From Ancylonema sp. (lineage: Eukaryota): a stretch of DNA of 64,000 bases. The notes under the pieces were generated by a model, which was given only the letters and a program-made list of their open reading frames with translations, searched no databases and was not told where the DNA came from. The translations under genes and the position numbers were made by a program. Every line of letters starts with the position of its first letter. Within the stretch, counting starts at the first letter, position 1. Positions 59,557 through 64,000 of the stretch are shown here, one piece after another. The DNA lies in assembly GCA_050230475.1 (NCBI GenBank), contig JBFLGF010000002.1, forward strand, positions 1 to 64,000, read 5' to 3'.

Positions 59557-62500
59557 TCACAACCACTCTCTCTGCCATACAGATTGTGGCAATTGCTTCC
59601 GGGTCACCTTTGACACGTGGACGCGATCATCGCTTTCGAGAGCAAACCCGTGGGCGGCAAAAAGGGCGGGAAGGTCGGTGTCCACATAGCTCATGTAGTA
59701 CGGCTCGTGGTAGTTGTCAGAAAAGTAGTCGTAGTTGTAATCGGGACGATCCACCCTCTACACACACACCGATGCACCATTCAATCACACAACCTCTTTG
59801 TCGCAAGTTTGAAGTGTCGTCTAATAGCCATTCTCTGTCGGCAATTCTACAAATATATCTGCTACTCCAAGTCCAAAGAGAAGCCTCCCTGATGAGGGTT
59901 GTAAAGCGGGCGTAAAAATGTCCAATCCGATGCCGCAAATAGGGCCGCAATGCGTTTTCACCGCCCCATCGCCCCTCTACTCCTCCCCACCTGAGTAGAG
60001 TCGTTGAGAATGACAATGCCGCCCGGAGCCACCACCCGCGCCATCTCCTTGACCACATTGGACCGCGCCTCGGGCGGCAACTCATGGAACAAATAGACAC
60101 ACGACACCTGGCTTGCCACAGGAAGGAGCAGCAGGAAGGGCGCTCAGCACGCCTCGATGGCGACAAGACAGGTGGCACGCAGTGTAAACGTAAACGCGCG
60201 TGGTGATGAGTTCGGTGATGAGATCTGAGATGGGAGGTAGGAGTTATGAGAAGAGAGGGGTTTGCGGCCACTCACCACGTCGAAGCTGCCGTCACTCATT
60301 GGCAGCGCCTCCGCTGACGCAGCGACAAACTCTGCTGGCGTGAGGCCGCGATCCCGACTCACCCTCGCGTCGAACTCTGCATGCGGACTTTCGTGTTCAG
60401 GTGGAAGGGCTCATCTCTCATCTCTCATCTCTCATAAGAATGATGAAACGAACTGCTCTGTTCAGCGAATAGCCTCCACTCTTGGTCCCCTCAGCTCTTA
60501 CCCCTGAAGTAGGTGTCATTCTCCACCGCTTTCGCCAAATAGAAGGGGCTCAAATCCACCTGCATACACGCATTCCAGCCTCTGATTACCCTCCAACCCT
60601 CCATATTCCACCACTGCGCAACCCATGCCCTTCCACATCAACCATTTACTGCTCTACGGGAGGGGCCCTCACCCCGGTTATCTTCATGTGTGGGTAGTTG
60701 TCGCGTACGAAAGTCAGGTACCGCCCCGTGCCGCATGCTAGGTCCAGGAAGCGGGTACTGGCCTCGCTGCGCCCCTGCATGAAGAAGTGGAGGGGGAGGA
60801 GGCCCCCTCGCTGCATCGCATCCTGAACCGTAAGCGGGGGGGGGGGGGGAGGAGAGGGGAAGTTGGGGTGGGGGTGGTAGACTGATGGATACTGATATTT
60901 TGTTTTGAGGTTTGATTCGATTTTTTTGGGTTGCTAAATAGGAGTCTGTGTCCTGTTGCCACCTGGCGTGGACTGTGGGGCACACCTGGCTCCCAGTGAA
61001 GAGGGTATCGGTGGCGACTTCGTAGGTTTGGGCAGAGAAATCAGAGAGCCAACCGTCCTGGAAGTGAAAGTTCTGCACACAGAGCAGGGTGGTGACGGGG
61101 ATTACTCGTTCGTTCCTGGACGGGTATCGACCGCCATGTCATGTAATGCACAACAGTCGATTATAGTGTGCACAGTAAACATTGGAGAAAATGAAGTCTT
61201 CTGAAGCAGCCCCCCTAAGATCCCAATGTATCCCTATGTATACCACACCAACTTGGGACAAAGAATAATGACGGGATTCGGCAGGGAGAGTTGGTGCAAA
61301 TTCCATTCTCCGTGGCCACAAAAATCGCACCATTTCGATAACGAAGATAGCACTCCCGGTCCCCCTGTGCCTGGCCCTGTTCTCACCTGTAGGTAGTAAT
61401 CCGGATAGCTAGCCCTGTTCACACGTGCCTCTTCAGATAGCTCCATCGTTTCCGTTCTCCCTGCCACATGCCGCCACATAGAGATGTAGGAGCAGATCAG
61501 CTATTCCATATCCCCTCACCTCACACATTCATGCGGAGAACGGGACCGAAAGAAAGAAAGTCGTTCCCACTTGCCACAATCTGTTATTACAAACAGCACA
61601 AATTCATGTCCCATAAAGTCTAACACCCATCATAACTCTAATACATATTTCCATCTTATTCAGTGACCCACTCCGACCCATCCCATCCCACTCCCACCCC
61701 CCACCCCCCCTTTACCATCCCGTTCGCGGCGGTCCACAACATCTGCGGCGAATTTCCGGAACATGGCCGCGTTGTCCGCGATGTAGTGCGGGTCCCACTG
61801 GCGATGGCGGGGGTCCATGTCATAGGGCGGGTGGTAGAAGCCGTTGCGGACATTCTCCGCATCCCGACGGTGGAGCTCCGCGATGTTGGTGAGGATGGGG
61901 GAGAGGCGGGTGGCCAGGGTGGTGAGGGTGGAGGGCGTGAGGGAGACGCCATCCTGGTGGCATGGGAAGGGGGGGGGAGTGAGAATGGAGGGTCACCGCA
62001 GGATTCGTATCGGATACGTATCGGATACGTGTGTTGGTTGTGGCTGGAGGGGGGTTGTTCTGGTTGTAACTTTGGTGGGGAGGTAGAGCTGGGGATTGTT
62101 GAAAAGTATGGCACACGGCACGGCATCAAGGTGTACTCATACAGACATATAAACATGACGCCCGTCCTTCGTCCTTCAGTCAGTGTATTCATACTCTGTA
62201 TTCATACACATCATCAAGTGTGTGAATGTGCTCATTCGCTCACATTTATTGATAAATAATGTAATTGATGTAATTGAAGAAAAAATGATGAAGTACATAA
62301 TACAAAAATCCATCTTTTCAGAATTCACTCTCGTACTTGATCTCTGAGACTGATGACAAAATTGTGCCATGCATGTCTCTGAAGGACAGACAAAACGAGG
62401 TTAAGAAACAGACAGCCATCATCACACTTCGACGAAAGACATATGATACCTATCTTAAATGTGCCGAACGTCACACTGGTACTGCATCTGCATAATAAAT

Positions 62501-63274
62501 AATCTGAATACTGATACAACAAACCCTTCTTCATCAGGCACCTAACCTTAAATGCCCCTGTCTCGGTTGTGTAACCGATGGATCGGGCAGTCAGGATGGC
62601 TTGAGTGGAGAAAAAAGCGGTGCGCAACGTGCTGTAAGCCAATTGCGCGGCTGTTTGCGGACTGGTTATCGCATTTTGGAAGGATTTGGATTGCAGCAAG
62701 CGCAGCAATTCAGCGGGAGAAGTGGGGAGCGCGAGGGGCTCCCAGGGCTGGGAAGGGGGAATGCCAAGGCTGGGAGGAGGCACGCCAGTGGCGCGGGTAC
62801 TGTGACGCAGGCGAACGTAGAAAACACGATAAGTCAGTGCCCAGAACAAGGTCCTCTGGCATATTTGCTGGGACAAGAAGCTGAGAGAAAGTGAGTGGTT
62901 TTCGTTTGAGAACAAGTGGTTATGGCGCACTGTGGCATATCTGTCTGCAAAAAATTCGGGGCAGGCACAGTGCAAACGTTAATGATAGTGAGAAGATACC
63001 AGATATATCTGTATGCCACCAACATAGTGTCACCTTCGCAAAAAAAGTCTGGAGAGGTTTGAACAGAAGCTTACTATGCGACTGGAGTTATTACGGCTGT
63101 ACTCTGGCATCGAGCGACGCGAGAAATACGTGGCGCGCGATCGGAGTTGGAAAAAGCGGCATTTGCCGCATCGATCCGTCCCAATAGATGAAAGGAATCA
63201 CCGGAATGAGAACGGTTTCCAAATATGATAGTTTCCTTTGATCCAAGTATGAACTTACCGGCAGATATTGCCAT
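59557..63274 (-). CDS. Class I SAM-dependent methyltransferase (type 11, algal/cyanobacterial YYLQNFH family); multi-exon; ends approximate
   Basis: LHRRDAENVRNGFYHPPYDM..RHRQW; YPDYYLQ|NFHFQDGWLSDFSAQTYE...LFTGSQ|DAMQR; FLDLACGTGRYLTFVRDNYP; AEALPMSDGSFDV|VSCVYLFHELP; ILNDS; HEPYY. Confidence 0.85.
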
Positions 63275-63432
63275 TTAATTGCCGAGAAAGCACTAAGAAG
63301 CACACTGTTTGGCGTGAAGCGCTTGATTCTGTACCACGATGTAACACAATTTCAGCGTCAGCTTTAAAGGCTCCTGTTTCGACTTCGGGGCCCATGCGGC
63401 GATGTAAGCCGGAAGGAAGGTATTGTACTGTA

Positions 63433-63954
63433 GAGCATAATTTATAGCCCAGTTCGACGAAAAAGCGGCCCGGTTGAATTGCGCCCGGTTTCATATCGAA
63501 CTGGGCCGCGAAAGTTCAAGTTATAGCCCGGCCCGGCTCGGTCCCAGTTCGTTTCGCCAATTTATGTCGAACTGGGAGCGAGCCGGGCCAGCATTGCGCC
63601 GGCTCGATTGGCCCAACTTGGTACCTCAATTGGGCCAATTTGGCCGGCCCAACTCGCTCCCAGTTCGACGAACCCATCCAATCACACCGCGTTATTAATC
63701 GTGCGGATAAAGTGAGTTGTACCGAAAGCTTGTCGCGCCAACAAAGTACACGTCTCTGGTTTCGATTGGTTTCGATCTCGCGAATTTTAGAGTATTCGCA
63801 CGTCTTCAGAGCAAGTCGGGTCGGGTTATATACTTTGCGAGACGAACTGGGAGCGAGCTGGGCCGGGCCGAAATTATCGCCAACTTACGCCAATTATCTG
63901 GCCCGGCTCGCGGCCGATTTTTCGTCGATCTGGGCCGGGCTATAACTTGTGCTC
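63433..63954. mobile_element. Non-autonomous TIR element (MITE), PIF/Harbinger-like
   Basis: Left gagcataatttatagcccagttcgacgaaaaagcggcc; right reverse complement gagcacaagttatagcccggcccagatcgacgaaaaatcggcc; flanking 3-bp duplication GTA (63430-63432 and 63955-63957); internal cccagttcg/cgaactggg repeats. Confidence 0.75.
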
Positions 63955-64000
63955 GTAGGATAAGTAGGATGGCAGAAGTATGCCTGAGAGTTGCCAAATT

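Noticed and set aside
63360..63385. ETGAFK peptide recurring at about 62545-62565 and 63363-63380
   Set aside because: Only six codons with no flanking similarity; probably coincidence.

Overview
Gene-dense eukaryotic nuclear DNA with many short spliceosomal introns. Plant-type proteins and TTTAGGG-like repeats suggest the green lineage, probably a streptophyte alga (inference). About 13 intron-containing genes can be reconstructed by eye: a CD2BP2/U5-52K-like splicing factor, an animal-type bifunctional CoA synthase (PPAT+DPCK) with an extra degenerate HD-like C-terminal domain, an SSR1/NDP1-like TPR protein, a YeeZ-like NAD(P)-binding epimerase, a frameshifted At3g09050-like gene, PIG-H, IMP2, RPS2, an At2g38780-like protein, a mitochondrial dicarboxylate carrier, an MFSD5/MOT2 transporter, an atypical MAPK-like kinase, a CHX cation/H+ exchanger and a SAM methyltransferase. 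There are also two kb-scale tandem duplications (possibly assembly artefacts), an inverted PIG-H pseudogene fragment, a Harbinger-like MITE, an LTR remnant and several intronic simple-sequence or telomere-like arrays. The strongest leads are (1) the PPAT-DPCK-pseudoHD triple fusion and (2) an unusual intron architecture: repeat arrays that start just after 5' splice sites, and G-rich introns ending in TGGCAG without polypyrimidine tracts. Exon boundaries were read manually, and family calls come from remembered motifs, not database searches.
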